Part shown: piece by piece, positions 1 through 13,412 of the stretch | Layout of the letters: each line of letters starts with the position of its first letter | Position numbering within the stretch: the first letter of the stretch is position 1 | Assembly (NCBI RefSeq): GCF_963921235.1 | Contig: NC_086109.1 | Location: 10,418,001-10,482,000, forward strand | Source of the DNA: Mobula hypostoma | Taxonomy: Eukaryota | Direction of reading: 5' to 3' | Length of the DNA: 64,000 nt | The notes under the pieces: model-generated | Databases searched by the model: none | Seen by the model: only the letters and a program-made list of their open reading frames with translations | Told to the model about the DNA's origin: nothing | Made by a program: the position numbers and the translations under genes

Positions 1-2133
1 AAATTCATTGGCCCAGATGGCTATGGAGGAGGCCAAATTATTGGGTATACTTGAGGCAGATGTTGATAGATTCTTGATTAGTCAGGGCATGAAGGGATAC
101 GGGGAGAAGGCATGAGACTGGGGCTGTGAGGGAAAATGGATCAGCTGTGATGAAATGGCGGAGCAGACTCAATGGGCCAAATGGCCCAATTCTGCCCCTC
201 TGGTCTTGTGGTCTGGCCAATTCGCGTCACTGAGCAAGAAGCTGACAGGTGATAGGTGAATTCAGAATTCACCTGTCACCTGCTAACTTGAATAGAATTC
301 AGATTTATATGCAGAGTAAGTGCAATGCAGGTAGACAACTGAGGTGCAAGGGCCAAGACGTGGGCAGACTGAGAGATCGGTAGCCCACCCTCATCGGATA
401 TGAGGTATGTTCAAGAGTCTTAGAACAGCAGAATAGAAGCTGTCCTTGAGTCTCTGTATCTTCTGGCCAATGGAAGGGGCAAAAGAGAATGTCTGGGGTG
501 CTAGCGATCTTTGACTATATTAGCAGCTTTCCTGAGGCAATGAGCAATACAGGCAGAGTCCATGAAGTGGGAGTGTGATTTTCATTACAGGCTGGGCTCG
601 CTTCACAATTTTCTGTTATACCTTGCAGTCTTGGGGGGCAGTAGTTGCCACTCTAAACTGTGATACAGCTGAACCTGTCGTGCATGTGTTTTTAAAAAAA
701 ACAGTGAGTGAGGATCCTTAGGGACCTATCAGATTGCTTCTAAAGGCGCGCGCGTGCATAGACACAGACAGACACGAACTCAGCATCTGTGGAAACAAAT
801 AACCAGTCGACATTTTGGACTGAGACCTCACTTCAAGCCTGGAAGGGAAAGGGGGTGATGTCAGAATGAAGAGGTGATGGTGCAGGAGGATAGCTGGAAA
901 GTGATGGGTGAAGCCAGGTGGGTGAGAAAGGTGAAGGGCTGGAGAAGGAGGAATCTGATAGGAGAGGAGAGCGGACCACAGGAGAAAGGGAAGGAGGAGG
1001 AGGGGACTCGGGGATGTGATAGGCAGGTGAGAAGAGGTAAGAGTAAGGAATAGAAGAAAAGGGGAGGGGGAGTGATTTTTTTAATATATAAACTAGAAGG
1101 AGAATTGATATTTATCCTCTAAAACAGGTTCTCTTTCTCTGCATTTGAAATGTTAGTAACTAGTAAATATTTTTTTCCAAATCAGCTAGCCTTTCTTTGG
1201 GTAATTATCTTTTTGAACTGAACAAATGTTCCCCAGTGTATTTGTACTAGGAGTTGGCCTGATGAAGTGACTCAGCCCGAAACATGACTGTTTATTCATT
1301 TCCATAGATGCTGCCTGACCTACTGCGTTCCTCCTGTAGTTTGCATGTGTTGCTCTGGATTTCCAGCGTCAGCAGAATGTCTTGTGTTTTAAAACCGTAA
1401 GAGGGGTGAGAGGGTTATGGGACAGGAAATCCTAAATAAAATTAATTTAGCACACTTTTTTTTTGAAAAGTTACTGCTCTGTTGTGAAACATTAAGGAAC
1501 CTCCTTTCAAAGTTTCTAAATCAACCAAGACTTGTGCACATTAACAAGCTGAGTCTCCCTTCTGTTGGATTGTGGCTTCTGTCCGAGGTTCTGCCAAGTC
1601 GAAGGTGGCCAAAATGATTGTGAGTTTTGAAGGCCTGTTTTCTGCTGGTTGCAGTGACACAGTCACATCTGAATGTGCCCTGAATTCCAACGACAAAATT
1701 TCACAGGAGCTCTCTGTACACAGCGAGTGTAAATGTGTGGGAGAGCCATGCGGTCAGCGTGTCCTGCCACAGCTCAGATTGCTGGATTAATTTCCCCAAC
1801 GGTTTCTGTCTGCAAAAATGTGGAACCTTCCCACCTATTGATCTTTCCACTCACTAATCAATAGACTTTTGGCTGGTCAGTGCAGTCGGATTTGCTTAGA
1901 GAGGTAGCATTGAGGTAGAAAATCAGCTGAGTTTACAAATGGCAAAACAGGCTGGGGTGAGACCGAAATAGCCTATTCTTATTGTGAGTATGCAATGCAA
2001 AACTCATATGATTTACATTAAAATAAAGTGTTCAGTGCTGAGCAGGTCAGGCAGTGTCTGGAAGGTTTCAGAGCATTGAAACGTCTTCAGAATTGACTTA
2101 AACACAGACAATTCTGCTGATGCTGGAAAACTG

Positions 2134-2197
2134 ACACACGCACACGCACACGCACACGCACACGCACACGCACACGCACACGCACACGCACACGCAC
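2134..2197. repeat. (CACACG)n microsatellite
   Basis: About 10 hexamer units of strict purine/pyrimidine alternation. Confidence 0.95.
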
Positions 2198-2444
2198 CCG
2201 CCCCCGGTCTGGTTCACAGGGAAGACAATATTCCATCTTTACCTTGTCTGGCCTGTAACCCACTGATGTGGTTGCTTCTCAGCAGCTCTGAAATCAGATT
2301 CCGGAATTGTTTAATATCACGAGCATATGTCTTGAAATTTAAACGCAAACAACAGGAATTCTGCAGATGCTGGAAATTCAAGCAACATACATCAAAGTTG
2401 CTGGTGAACGCAGCAGGCCAGGCAGCATCTGTAGGAAGAGGCGC

Positions 2445-2480
2445 AGTCGACGTTTCAGGCCGAGACCCTTCGTCAGGACT
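2445..2480 (-). ncRNA. Minimal type I hammerhead ribozyme motif (PLE-associated)
   Basis: Minus strand reads AGTC-CTGACGA-AGGGTCTCGGCCT-GAAAC-GTC-GACT: core CUGANGA/GAAA, stem I AGUC/GACU, stem II AGG/CCU, GUC cleavage triplet. Confidence 0.7.
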
Positions 2481-3257
2481 AACTGAAGGAAGAGTGAGTA
2501 AGGGATTTGAAAGCTGGAGGGGGAGGGGGAGATGCAAAATGATAGGAGAGGACAGGAGGGGGAGGGATAGAGCCGAGAGCTGGACAGGTGATAGGCAGAA
2601 GGGGGTACGAGAGGATCATGGGACAGGAGGTCCGGGAAGAAAGACGGGGGGGGGGGTGACCCAGAGGATGGGCAAGAGGTATATTCAGAGGGACAGAGGG
2701 AGAAAAAGGAGAGTGAGAGAACGAATGTGTGCATTAAAAAGAGTAACAGATGGGGTACGAGGGGGAGGTGGGGCCTAGCGGAAGTTAGAGAAGTCAATGT
2801 TCATGCCATCAGGTTGGAGGCTACCCATACGGAATATAAGGTGTTGTTCCTCCTCTACTGTAAAGATGAAGCCACACTCAGGTTGGAGGAACAACACCTT
2901 ATATTCCGTATGGGTAGCCTCCAACCTGATGGCATGAACATTGACTTCTCTAACTTCCGCTAGGCCCCACCTCCCCCTCGTACCCCATCTGTTACTCTTT
3001 TTAATGCACACATTCGTTCTCTCACTCTCCTTTTTCTCCCTCTGTCCCTCTGAATATACCTCTTGCCCATCCTCTGGGTCACCCCCCCCCCCCGTCTTTC
3101 TCCCTGGGCCTCCTGTCCCATGATCCTCTCATATCCCTTTTGCCAATCACCTGTCCAGCTCTCGGCTCCATCCCTCCCCCTCCTGTCTTCTCCTATCATT
3201 TTGGATCTCCCCCTCCCCCTCCAACTTTCAAATCCCTTACTCACTCTTCCTTCAGTT

Positions 3258-3293
3258 AGTCCTGACGAAGGGTATCGGCCTGAAACGTCGACT
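3258..3293 (+). ncRNA. Minimal hammerhead ribozyme motif
   Basis: AGTC-CTGACGA-AGGGTATCGGCCT-GAAAC-GTC-GACT; predicted cleavage after 3289. Confidence 0.7.
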
Positions 3294-6032
3294 GCGCCTC
3301 TTCCTACAGATGCTGCGTTCACCAGCAACTTTGATGTATGTGTCTTGAAATTTGTTGTCTTTGCGGCAGCAGTACAATGCAATGCGTCATTTAAAAAATT
3401 TATGAATAATAGATAATTTCAGTATAATAGTTAAATTAAATAAGTAGTGCAAAAATAGAAAAAGTAGTGAGGTTCATGGGTCCATTCAGAAATCGGATAA
3501 CAGAGGGGAAGAAACTGTTTGATGGTAGCAATGAGAACAGGATATGCCCTGTGTGATGGGGGTCCTTAATGATGGACGCCACCTTTTTGACACATCACTC
3601 CTTGAAGATGTTCTGGACAGAGGCAGGAAAAGAGCAGCTTCTGCCCAGTTCTTATCGGTCTCTTTGCGATAAAGATGTGCTCTTACTATCTAGTCTACCT
3701 TATTGTATACCTTCACTTCCTTTTCTGTGTCACTGCAACACTATATTCTGTGTTCTTCTGCTGCTTTTTCCCCTGTTTGCTACATCAATACATGTGTATT
3801 TTAGAATGATCTGAACAGAGAGCTTGTAAAACAATTTTTCCACTGTATCTCGGTACATGACAATAAGCTATTTGCCAGTCACTTAACAGGTCTTGCCAGC
3901 AACATCCATATTCTGCAGATGATCTATTTATAGGAAGTAATAGTTTGTGTGTCATTTTAACCTAGCACTCTGATCTTTGATACCTCAGCCTCGTTTTTCT
4001 CTCTGTAAAGAAACCAGTGTTTACTTTGGCAGTTTGCTTTCATCTGTATACCTGTCCAAATATGGCATCAACAGGATGGTTTTAAATCCATCTTCCCCTA
4101 GTAGAGGCGGCATGGAGATGCATCTCTACCAAAGGAGGTGTAAGGCGCTCCTTCCCTCCACTAGCCTGCAGGTCGCCCTCGGGCAAGGTGTAGCACCTGC
4201 TTAAACCCTGTTCCCCCCCCCCCCACAAGATCAAGGTCATGTGAAACCATGGGAGCAGGTGGTGGATGGTCATATGAGCAGCTGATGCATATCACAAGTC
4301 CTGGTTATGCGACCGCTGACGCCAGGCAGACAACCTCTGAAGAGTATTGATAATGGCTGGGCTTACCTAGCTTGTAGAGACACTGCCCAGAAGAAGGCAA
4401 TAGCAAACCACATTAGTAGAAAAGTTTGCCAAGAACAATTGCAGCAGTGTGTACTGTCTACAAGATGCACTGCAACAGCACACCAAGGCTCCTAAGGCAG
4501 CACCTTCCAGACCCACAACCACTACCATCTAGAAGGGCGAGAACAGCAGATACCTGGGAGCGCCACCACTTGGAAATCCCCCTCCAAGTCGTTCACCATC
4601 CTGGCTTGGAAGCATATTGCCGTTCCATTGTTGTCGCTGGGTCAAAACCATGGAATTCCCTCCCCAACAGCACAGTGTGTGTACCTGCACCTCAGGGACG
4701 GCAGCGGTACAAGAAGGCAGCTCACCACCTTCTCAAGGGCAGCTAGGGATGGGCAATAAATGCTGGCTTCGCTGGCGATGCCCACATCTCATAAATTAAT
4801 AAATTTTTTTTTTAAATCATGGTCACGGGAAGACCATGATCGCTCACATCATACGACACAGCACATAACGAATGAACAAGTTGGTAGAGACTACAGCACA
4901 GAAACAGGCCCTTCAGCTCATCTCATTGTGCACCAAACTGTTGTTCTGTCTAGTCCCATCATCCCATTCCTGAACCATTAGTCCTCCATACCCCTCCCAT
5001 CCATGCTCCTAACCAAACTTCTCTTGAACGTTACAAACGAAGCACTCCTCTATCACCTCCACTGGCAGCTCGTTCCACAATTGCACCAGCATCTGAAGAA
5101 GTTTCCCTTAAATATTTCACCCTTCACCCTTAACCAATGACCTCTAGTTCTAGTCTCACACAATCTCAGTGGAAAAAGTCTATTTGCATTTACCCTATCT
5201 ATACTCCTTATAATTTTGTATACCTTTATCAAATCTATCAACTTCCAAGGAATAAAGTCCTAACCGATTCAACCTTCCCCTGTAACTCGGGTCTTCAAAC
5301 CCTCACAACATCCTTGTGATTTCTGCCAAGCCTTTGCTCATCTGCCCTGATTGGTTTCCTCTGAAATGTACTTAAGTTTATTTATTTCTATTTAGCGCTT
5401 TATGGTGCGGAGTTGGCTGTTACGGTCTTTCCTCGATCCCACAACCCCTCTTGTTCCTTTTTCCTTTTCGTGTGGGGAGGAGAAGGTGTTTGATGTCTTT
5501 AGTTTCAACGACTACAGTGGTTTTTCTGTATTTAATGGCTATCTGGAGAAGAGGTATTTCAGAGTTGTACATGTATACTTTGACAATAAAATGAACTTTT
5601 GAACCTTTGAACCCTAACCTAACCCAGCAATGCCCAAAAAAATCCAATTAACCCTAACTTAATCATGGGACAATTTGCAATGACCAATTAACCCACTTGG
5701 TACATTTTTGGACTGAGAGGAAACTGCAGGGCCCGGGGAAAACCCACGCATTCCATGGGGAAGATGTACAGAGTCTCCTTGCGGAATGGCTCTGGAATTG
5801 AGCTTCGAACTCCGGAACATCCCAAGCTGTAATAGCATTGTGCTGACCGCTACACTGTTGTGGCGCCCAAGTTAACTGCATTAATGTGAATCAACATTGG
5901 TTATTTGCCATACGCTATGACATTGATGTTTAGGTGCTCCCATTGCAGTTGGAAAAGTACTGAAGCAAAATTTTGTTGTGCTGTCTTTCGATGTGTTAAA
6001 ATGATTGCGTTCTCTCGTTTCTTCTCCTCCAG

Positions 6033-6104
6033 GCTAACATCGGGCAGATGGATTCAGCTGCAGAGCAATGGAAGATGATCACGGGGAACCTGGCTTTGAT
6101 ACAG
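6033..6104 (+). CDS. SLC41A1: SLC41A1 Mg2+ transporter, internal exon (72 bp); upstream exons lie outside the window
   Basis: ctccag|GCT...CAG|gtgaga; translates [24 protein letters not shown], matching the SLC41 sequence ANIGxMD...WxMITGNxALIQ; phase 0/0. Confidence 0.93.
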
Positions 6105-8984
6105 GTGAGACTGCCTGAGAAGCACACTTTATTTTCTGTGCCTTACATCAGCTTGCCAGATCTTGGGTAGGCAAATTAACCCCCACTACTTTTTATTTTC
6201 CCAACATAAACATAACAATACTCAACAGACCAGATGGGATCTATGGAAGTGAAATGGAATCTAATAATTCATGTCAATATTTCCTCTGACTGACTTGTTA
6301 GCTGCCCCGCTGCTGGTGTTTAGGGTGGCAATGAAGGTCCTCCATTAACAGATGTAGAAGGATTCTCCTTTGCTGTTTCTGTAACAATTGGGGTTGTTAG
6401 CCCTGAGCTGAACCCCTGAACATGGATGATTGATGGACTACTCTCTTTGTCTGGCCTCTACCCTTTGACCTGTTTGGCATGGGTGAACCTACCAAGAGGC
6501 AAAGCATAAAGCCATAACTCCAGCCAGCATAGCTCTCCGGGTCAGTGAGGCACTCAAGCCTCCAAACACAACGACGAGGTTGTAGTCCTCTTGGAGGATT
6601 TCCTCTGAAGTGCTGTTTCATGCATTGACCTGAAAGCGGGTGGTATTGGTGGCATGGTGTTAGAGTAACACTATTACAGCACCAGTGACCCAGGTTCAAT
6701 TCCCACCACCGTGAGGAGACTGTATGTTTTCCCCATGACCACATGGGTTTGCTCCGACTGCGCTGGTTTACTCCCACATTCCAAAGATGTACGGGTTGGT
6801 AGGATAATTGGTCACATGGGTGTAATTGAGCACCGTGGGCTCATTGGACCAGAAGAGCCTGTTACCGTGCAGCACGTCAAACTAAAAAATTAAATATAAG
6901 TAACTCACTTTCTCCATCCAAAAATGCTGTTTCATCTGCTGACTGGGTTGGTTCTGCTGTCTGAGATTCAAAGTAAATTTATTATCAAAGTACATACATG
7001 TCTCCATATACAACCCTGAGATTCTTTTCTTGCGGGCATACTCAATAAATCTATACATTAATGACCATAACAGAATCAATGAAAGACTGCCCAACTTGGA
7101 CATTCAACCAGAGTGCAGAAGACAACAAGCTGTGCAAATACAAAATGAAACAAATAATAATAAATAAATCAGCAATAAATATAGAGAATGTGTGATGAAG
7201 GGTCCTTGAAAGTGAGTCCAAAGGCTGTGGGAACAGATTAGCGTTGGGGTGAGTGAGGGATCTCCCCTTTGGCCCAAGAGCCTGATGGTTGAGGGGTAGT
7301 AACTGTTCCTAAACTTGGTGGTGTGAGTCCTGAGATTCCTGTGCCATCTTCCTGATGGCAGCGTGAGACGAGAGCATGTGCTGGGTGGTGCGAGTCCTCT
7401 ATTGGCAGTGTTTTGCATTTGAATTAAGTTAAATCCTTTATTTTGCTGCAAAAAGATGAGTTTGTACTCTCTAATTACTTACTCCAAGGAAGGCCTTGAC
7501 CCTCAAAAACACCTCTATTCCCACCACTTTGTCACTCTCCAACAGGTAGGGTAGGGCTGTTTAGAAACAAAAATATAATCCAAAGATTAATGGTGAGTCT
7601 GTGAAATTCATTGTCATACACGGCTGTGGGTATAATTAAGGCAGAAGTTAATAGATTCTTGATAGGTCAGGGCATGAAGGGATACGGGGTGAAGGCTGAG
7701 AGGACAGTTGGATCATACTGAAATGAAGGAGCAGACACGATGGGCCAAATATCCTAATTCCTATATCTTATTTTATAATCAAGCTTGACTGTGTTTGACT
7801 AGGTTGAGCTCTTCATATATCCAGGCTTCCCTAAAGGTTAACTTGCCGGTTGAGTTGGTAGTAAAGAAGGCAAATGTAACATTAGCATTAGTTTTGAGGG
7901 AGCTGGAATATAAAAGCAAGGATGTAATGCTGGGGCTTTATCAAGTTTTGGTCAGACCACATCGGGGTATAGTGAGCAGAAGGATGTGCTGGCATTGGAG
8001 AGGGTCCAGAGGAGGTTCACGGGAATGATCTTGGGAATGAAAGGGTTAATGCACTGTATGAGGAATGTTTAATGACTCTGGGCCTGTACTCACTTTAGAA
8101 GAATGATGAGGTATCTCACTGAAACCCACTGAATATTGGAAAGCCTGGTACAGGGGTCCCCAGACTGGGGTCTACAGACCCCTCGGTTAATGGTAGGGGT
8201 CCATGGCATTCAAAAAGTTTGTGAATCCCTTGTCTAGACAGAGTGAATGTAGAGAGGATATTTCCAATAGTGGGAGGGTCTAGGACCAGAGGGCAGTGAA
8301 TCTATGGTATTCATTGGCACTGATGGCTGTGAAAGCCAAGTCATTGGGTATATTTAAAGTGGAGGTTGATAAGTTCTCCAGTGGTAAGGGTGTAAAATGG
8401 TATGGGTAGAAGACAGAAGAATGAGTTTGAGGGGGATCATTGATCAGCCATGATTGAATGGAGGAGCAGACTCGATGGGCCAGATTGGCTTAATTCTGCT
8501 TCTAGATCTGATGGTCTTACAAGAATTCCTGGACTAACAAAGTTGCATAATCCCATCAGGGATTAATGTGCAGTACAGGTTAAATAAACTCAATATTGGA
8601 TGGAAACAAGTTAGCATCGGTAAATGTGACCATTAGACTGTGGGTTTTCATTAAAAATACATCGAGCGCTCAATCTGCGCAAGGTGTGACACCTGCTGTC
8701 CTTGCTTGTGTGTTTCCACACTCACATGACCATGTGTTAGACTCTTGCTGTCCCAACACAGGTGCCCAACATGTCTAGTAAGGTCTTCTCACATTCGAAG
8801 ATCCTAGTACTTACTTAAACAATCATCATTGGAATAAAGTGAAAATACAGGGGAATTGAATGGCAAGCGATGCGATATTGTACCTATATGACTACTGTAT
8901 ATGTACCGTGTTCTGCACCGTTATCCCAGAGGAGTGATGCTTCGTTCAGCTCTATACGTGTATAGTTGAATAGTAGTAAACTCG

Positions 8985-9260
8985 GGTGGCATGATAGCGT
9001 AGTGGTTAACACATCGCTTTACTGTTCCATGACCTGGGATCTGACTGTAAGGAGTTTGTACGTTCTCCCCGTGACCACATGGGCTTCCTCCAGGTGCTCC
9101 GGCCTCCTCCCACAGTCCAAAGCTGAACTGGTGGTGAGATGAATTGGTCACTGTAAATTGTCCCGTGATTCAGCTAGGATAAAATAGGGGGACAGCCGGG
9201 TGGTGCAGCTGGAGGGAGCAGAAGGGCCAATTCCCGGCTGTATTCCAATAAATAAATTAA
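8985..9260 (+). mobile_element. V-SINE-like tRNA SINE (other copies near 5600-5870, 6650-6895, 20050-20265, 22380-22620, 31085-31370, 39920-40160, 40310-40625 and 56080-56410)
   Basis: tRNA-like head plus the core TTCTCCCCGTGACC..GTGGGTTTCCTCC.GGTGCTCCGG.TTCCTCCCACA.TCCAAA. Confidence 0.75.
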
Positions 9261-9727
9261 TCAAACTTAAACTTGAAACGCACAGTGAAATATGCTTGCA
9301 TTAACAACCAACACAACCAAAAGACGTGCCGTGGACAGCCCACAAGTATCACCACACATTCCAGTGCCGCAAATAGTTGGGAAAAGTCAGCTTTTCAGAA
9401 ATAAAACCTGTGGGTCTTGTGGGCTCTTATTAGCTATTCCTGTACCATGCTGTAAGTGTCTGGAGTTGATTAAATAAAGAAGCTGAGCGATGATTCTCAG
9501 AGGGCTTAGCTCATGAGTAGTCTTCACTTTCTGTGACTTGGAAACCACAATCATACTCTGGAGAGCAGCAGTTATGGAGAGAGCCTGCCTCTATCCATAA
9601 TTGGTCGGATGTGGCTTAGAAGTGGCTATTTTGAGATATTTTCAGAATCCAATTTTGTCTGCTGTTGATGGGGCACTTTCTGTTTTGTCTGTGTTGTTTG
9701 TGAATCCTCAATGGAGAATGAAAAAAG

Positions 9728-9842
9728 TGTATGTATATGTGTGTGTGTGTGTGTACACAAAAACGCGCACACACACACAAAAACACGCACACACACACAA
9801 AAACGCATACATACGCACGCGCACACACAAAAACACACACAC
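9728..9842. repeat. Compound (TG)n/(CA)n microsatellite
   Basis: TG run followed by interrupted CA runs. Confidence 0.9.
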
Positions 9843-10248
9843 CGCCCCCCCCACCCCCCAGTGGACTCATTTTCAAGGACTCTTCATCTCACATTCTCTA
9901 TATTTATTGCTGATTTACCTATTATTAGTTCTTTAATTTTGTATTTACAGAGTTTGTTGTCTTCTGCACTCTAGTTGAATGTCCAAGTTGGGCAGTCTTT
10001 CATTGATTCTGTTATGGTTATTAATCTATAGCTTTATTGAGTATGCCCACAAGAAAAAGAATCTCAGGGCTGTATACGGAGACATGCATGTACTTTGATA
10101 ACAAATTTCCTTTGAACTTGTATATATTATCTGTCTGTGTTTTCCCATGTGGTTTAACTTGGAAAATGTGTGGGTGCAAGTCCGAATGACGTGTCCCAGC
10201 CCAAAATGCAACTCTGCATAAATTTCTGCTTTTTCCTGCCTTTCTCAG

Positions 10249-10393
10249 GTCCAGGCGACTGTGGTTGGTTTCCTCGCATCCGTGGCTGCTGTAGTGTTTG
10301 GCTGGATTCCCGAGGGTCATTTCCAACTGGATCATGCTCTCCTGCTGTGTGCCAGTAGCATGGCAACAGCATTTATAGCTTCCCTCATATTGG
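10249..10393 (+). CDS. SLC41A1: SLC41A1 exon (145 bp)
   Basis: tctcag|GTC...TTG G|gtaag; [48 protein letters not shown]. Confidence 0.95.
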
Positions 10394-13300
10394 GTAAGAA
10401 GGAACTCCATAGACCACTCATTTTGTGCTGGTTCAAAGTTCTACTTTACAGTTACATATGTTAGGAATTTGCTGTGGTGCTCACCTTTCCCACCCAGCTG
10501 TCTTCACCAATCACCTTCTAGCTATCTTCATTCTTCTCCTCCACCTTTTTTTATTCTGTTCATCTTTCCCCGAAGAAGAGTCTTGGCCCGGAACACTAAC
10601 TGCTTATTCATATCCATGGATGCTGTCTGACCTGCCAGGTTCCTCCAGCATTGTGTGTGCGTTGCTTTGGATTTCCAGCACCTGCAGATTCTTTCGTGCT
10701 TATGATTTGCTGTGTTGCCACGACATGCAACAAAGTAGAGCAATATTCAACAATTCTAAGGAATTATGTAAAATATGGATGCCAGCATGCGTTTAGCAAA
10801 GTAAGAAGCATTATAAAGCACAAGAGATTCTGCAGGTGCTGGAAATCCAGAGAAATACGTGCAAAGCCTTGGAGGAACTCAGCAGGTCAGCCGGGGTCTC
10901 AGGAGGGGAGTAAAGAGCCAATGTTTAGAGCCGAGACCCTTCAGCGTTATCAAAAGTAGCTTAAAGTGCTTCCAGTGTGGTGACGGAGGTAATAGGTAGA
11001 GAGGAGTTGAGGTGGGGTAGCTAGCTGGAATAGTTGACCTGATTAACTGCCTGGGGAAAGAAACTTTTAAGGTGGCGTGAAGTTTTTGTTTTAATAGCTC
11101 TATAGCACTTTCCAGAAGAGAGTTTTTGGAAAAGACAGTTTGCAGGGTGGGTGGTGTACACGATCATTTCTCCTGCCTGCTGCTTTGTCCTGGATCCTTA
11201 CCAGTAGTACAATGATGGGACCAAGAATCAGGCCATTCTGCCTGTCAAATCTGTGCTGCCATTCCATCAAGGCTGATTTATTATCCCTCTCAACCCCGTT
11301 CTCCTGCCTTCTCCCCATAACCTTTGACGCCCTGACTAATCAAGAGCCTATCAACCTCCACTTTAAATATACACACGGACTTGGCCATGAATTTTACAGA
11401 TTCACCTCCCTCTGGCTAAAGAAATTCCTCTTCATCTCTGTTCTGAATGGACATTACTCTGAGTCTGTGCCCTTTGGTCCTAGACTCATCCACCATATGA
11501 AACATCCTCTCCACATCCACTCTTATTGTGGCCTTTCAGTATTTGATGAGCTTCAATGAGATACCCCCCCTCACCCCCCCATCCTTCTGAATTCCAGCGA
11601 ATATAGGCCCCACAGCCATTTTAGACACTTCTTGTATGTTAACCCTTTCATTGCTGGAATCATTCTCAGAACCTTCTCTACACCCTCCCCAATGCCAGCA
11701 CATCTTTTCTTAGAGGCTCAAAACTGCTCACGGTACTCCATGTGCAGTCTAACATGTCCCTTTATAAAGCCTCAGCATTACATCCTTGCTCTTTTATTCT
11801 CGTCTCTCAAAATGAAGGCTGTCATTGCATTTGCTTTCCTTACCACTGATTCAACCTGCGAGTTAACCTTTAGGGAACCCTGCGCAATGACTCCCAAGTC
11901 CCTTTGCACCTCTGATTTTTGAATTTCTCCTCAATTAGAAAGTGGTCTATGCTTTTATTTCTTCTACCAAAGTGCATGACTGTACACTTCCCCACACTAT
12001 ATTCCCCCTGCCGCTCCCTTGCCCATGCCCCCAAGCTGTCTGCGTCCTCTGCAGACTCCCTGCTTCCTGAACGTGATCTGCTGCTCCACCTGTCTTCGTT
12101 TTGCCTGTAAACTTGGCACCAAAGTCATCAGTTCCATCGTCCAAATCATTGACGTATAACGTGAAAAGAAGTGGTCTCAACACCGACCCCAGTGGAACAC
12201 TGCTAGTCACTTACTGCTAATCAGAAACGTTCATGGTAGAGCACAGCCAGTGACCTTTTCTGCAGATCTGACAGTTTGCTGTAATTTTCGTACATTGTGA
12301 GAGGATGCTACACGAAGCCAGTCAGTAATGGTATTGCTAGTGTTTTCGGTTAATGGCTACTTAACCGCTGTCTGGCCTTTGTGAATGTTGTTTGCTGAGA
12401 AGCCAATTACCTCACAGTTTTTAGCTCCCTTGAATGTTGCAATACAAATGGATAAGGTGTTAAAGGTGGTGTGATTTTTTTTTAATGTAACGCTTGGGAA
12501 ATCATGTTGTATGAAACTTCAGTTAGTCCACACTTGGAGTTTCGTGTGCCAATCAAAGATTACAGGGAGAAAGCAGGAGAAGGGGGTTGTCGTTGTTCCT
12601 TTTTACGCCCTGTGGCGTATTGGGCAGTATCTTTTACCGTTTCCGTAGCATTTGGCTTTTTTTTAACGAGCTCAATGCTCAACCCATTGCAGATGAAAAG
12701 CATACAAGGATCTGGCCTGTTTCAATCCCGAAACTACTTGCCTCGAAGTCCAGTGCTGATGCCACTACACCACCGGCTAGCTAGATAGAATGGGGTTGAG
12801 AGGCATAATGAATCAGCCATGGTCAAATCATGGTGCAGAGTTAATGGGCTGGATGGCCCGATTCTGCTCCTATGTCTTATTGTCTTCTGGGTACTACATT
12901 ACAGGAAGGATGTGGAATCTTTGGAGAGTGGGCAGATCATTAAAAGTATTTTAACAGGTACAGCAGAGGAGTTGAGACCAGTATAGGTCCACTTAACTTC
13001 TCTCCATGGATCCTGCTCTGTAACTGTGAGACAGCAAAGAGCCAATATTCAAGGTCTCTTTTTGTGCAGCTATCATCACTCAAAGGGTTAAGTTACTGGG
13101 CTGTTATCATGAGGCCTGAGCTATTCACCTGGAGAGACGAGTTCAAGTCACGCCATGGCAGCTGGGGAATATAAATTCAATTCATAAATAAATCTAGATG
13201 AAAGGACTAGTAACAACAGCGTAAAAATGCACTTGCTTCATCAAAGTCCTACAGCCTGGTCTCTCTGTGACTCAAAGCCCACAGAAATAGCTTAGGTGGG

Positions 13301-13412
13301 AGTCTTGGTTAGCATGGTCCAGTTGGTCCAAAGGGTTTGTTTCCATGGTGTATGACTGCCTCCTAGTGGTTTCTCATTGTAGGAGCAATTAGAGCTGGAC
13401 AATGGTTACTGA

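Larger units (their letters stand above)
2341..3340. mobile_element. Penelope-like element insertion forming a 1-kb palindrome
   Basis: Inverted arms 2385-2853 and 2885-3341 with a 31-nt spacer. GIY-YIG endonuclease C-terminal remnant LLYCKDEATLRLEEQHLIFRMGSLQPDGMNIDFSNFR*. 13-bp TSD TGTCTTGAAATTT at 2328-2340 and 3341-3353. Confidence 0.85.

Noticed and set aside
2214..3416. Cluster of overlapping 60-170 aa ORFs on both strands
   Set aside because: By-products of the palindromic, purine/pyrimidine-skewed PLE; only the short GIY-YIG tail is real homology.
9601..9974. Five overlapping ORFs rich in H/T/C/V
   Set aside because: Translations of the TG/CA microsatellite.
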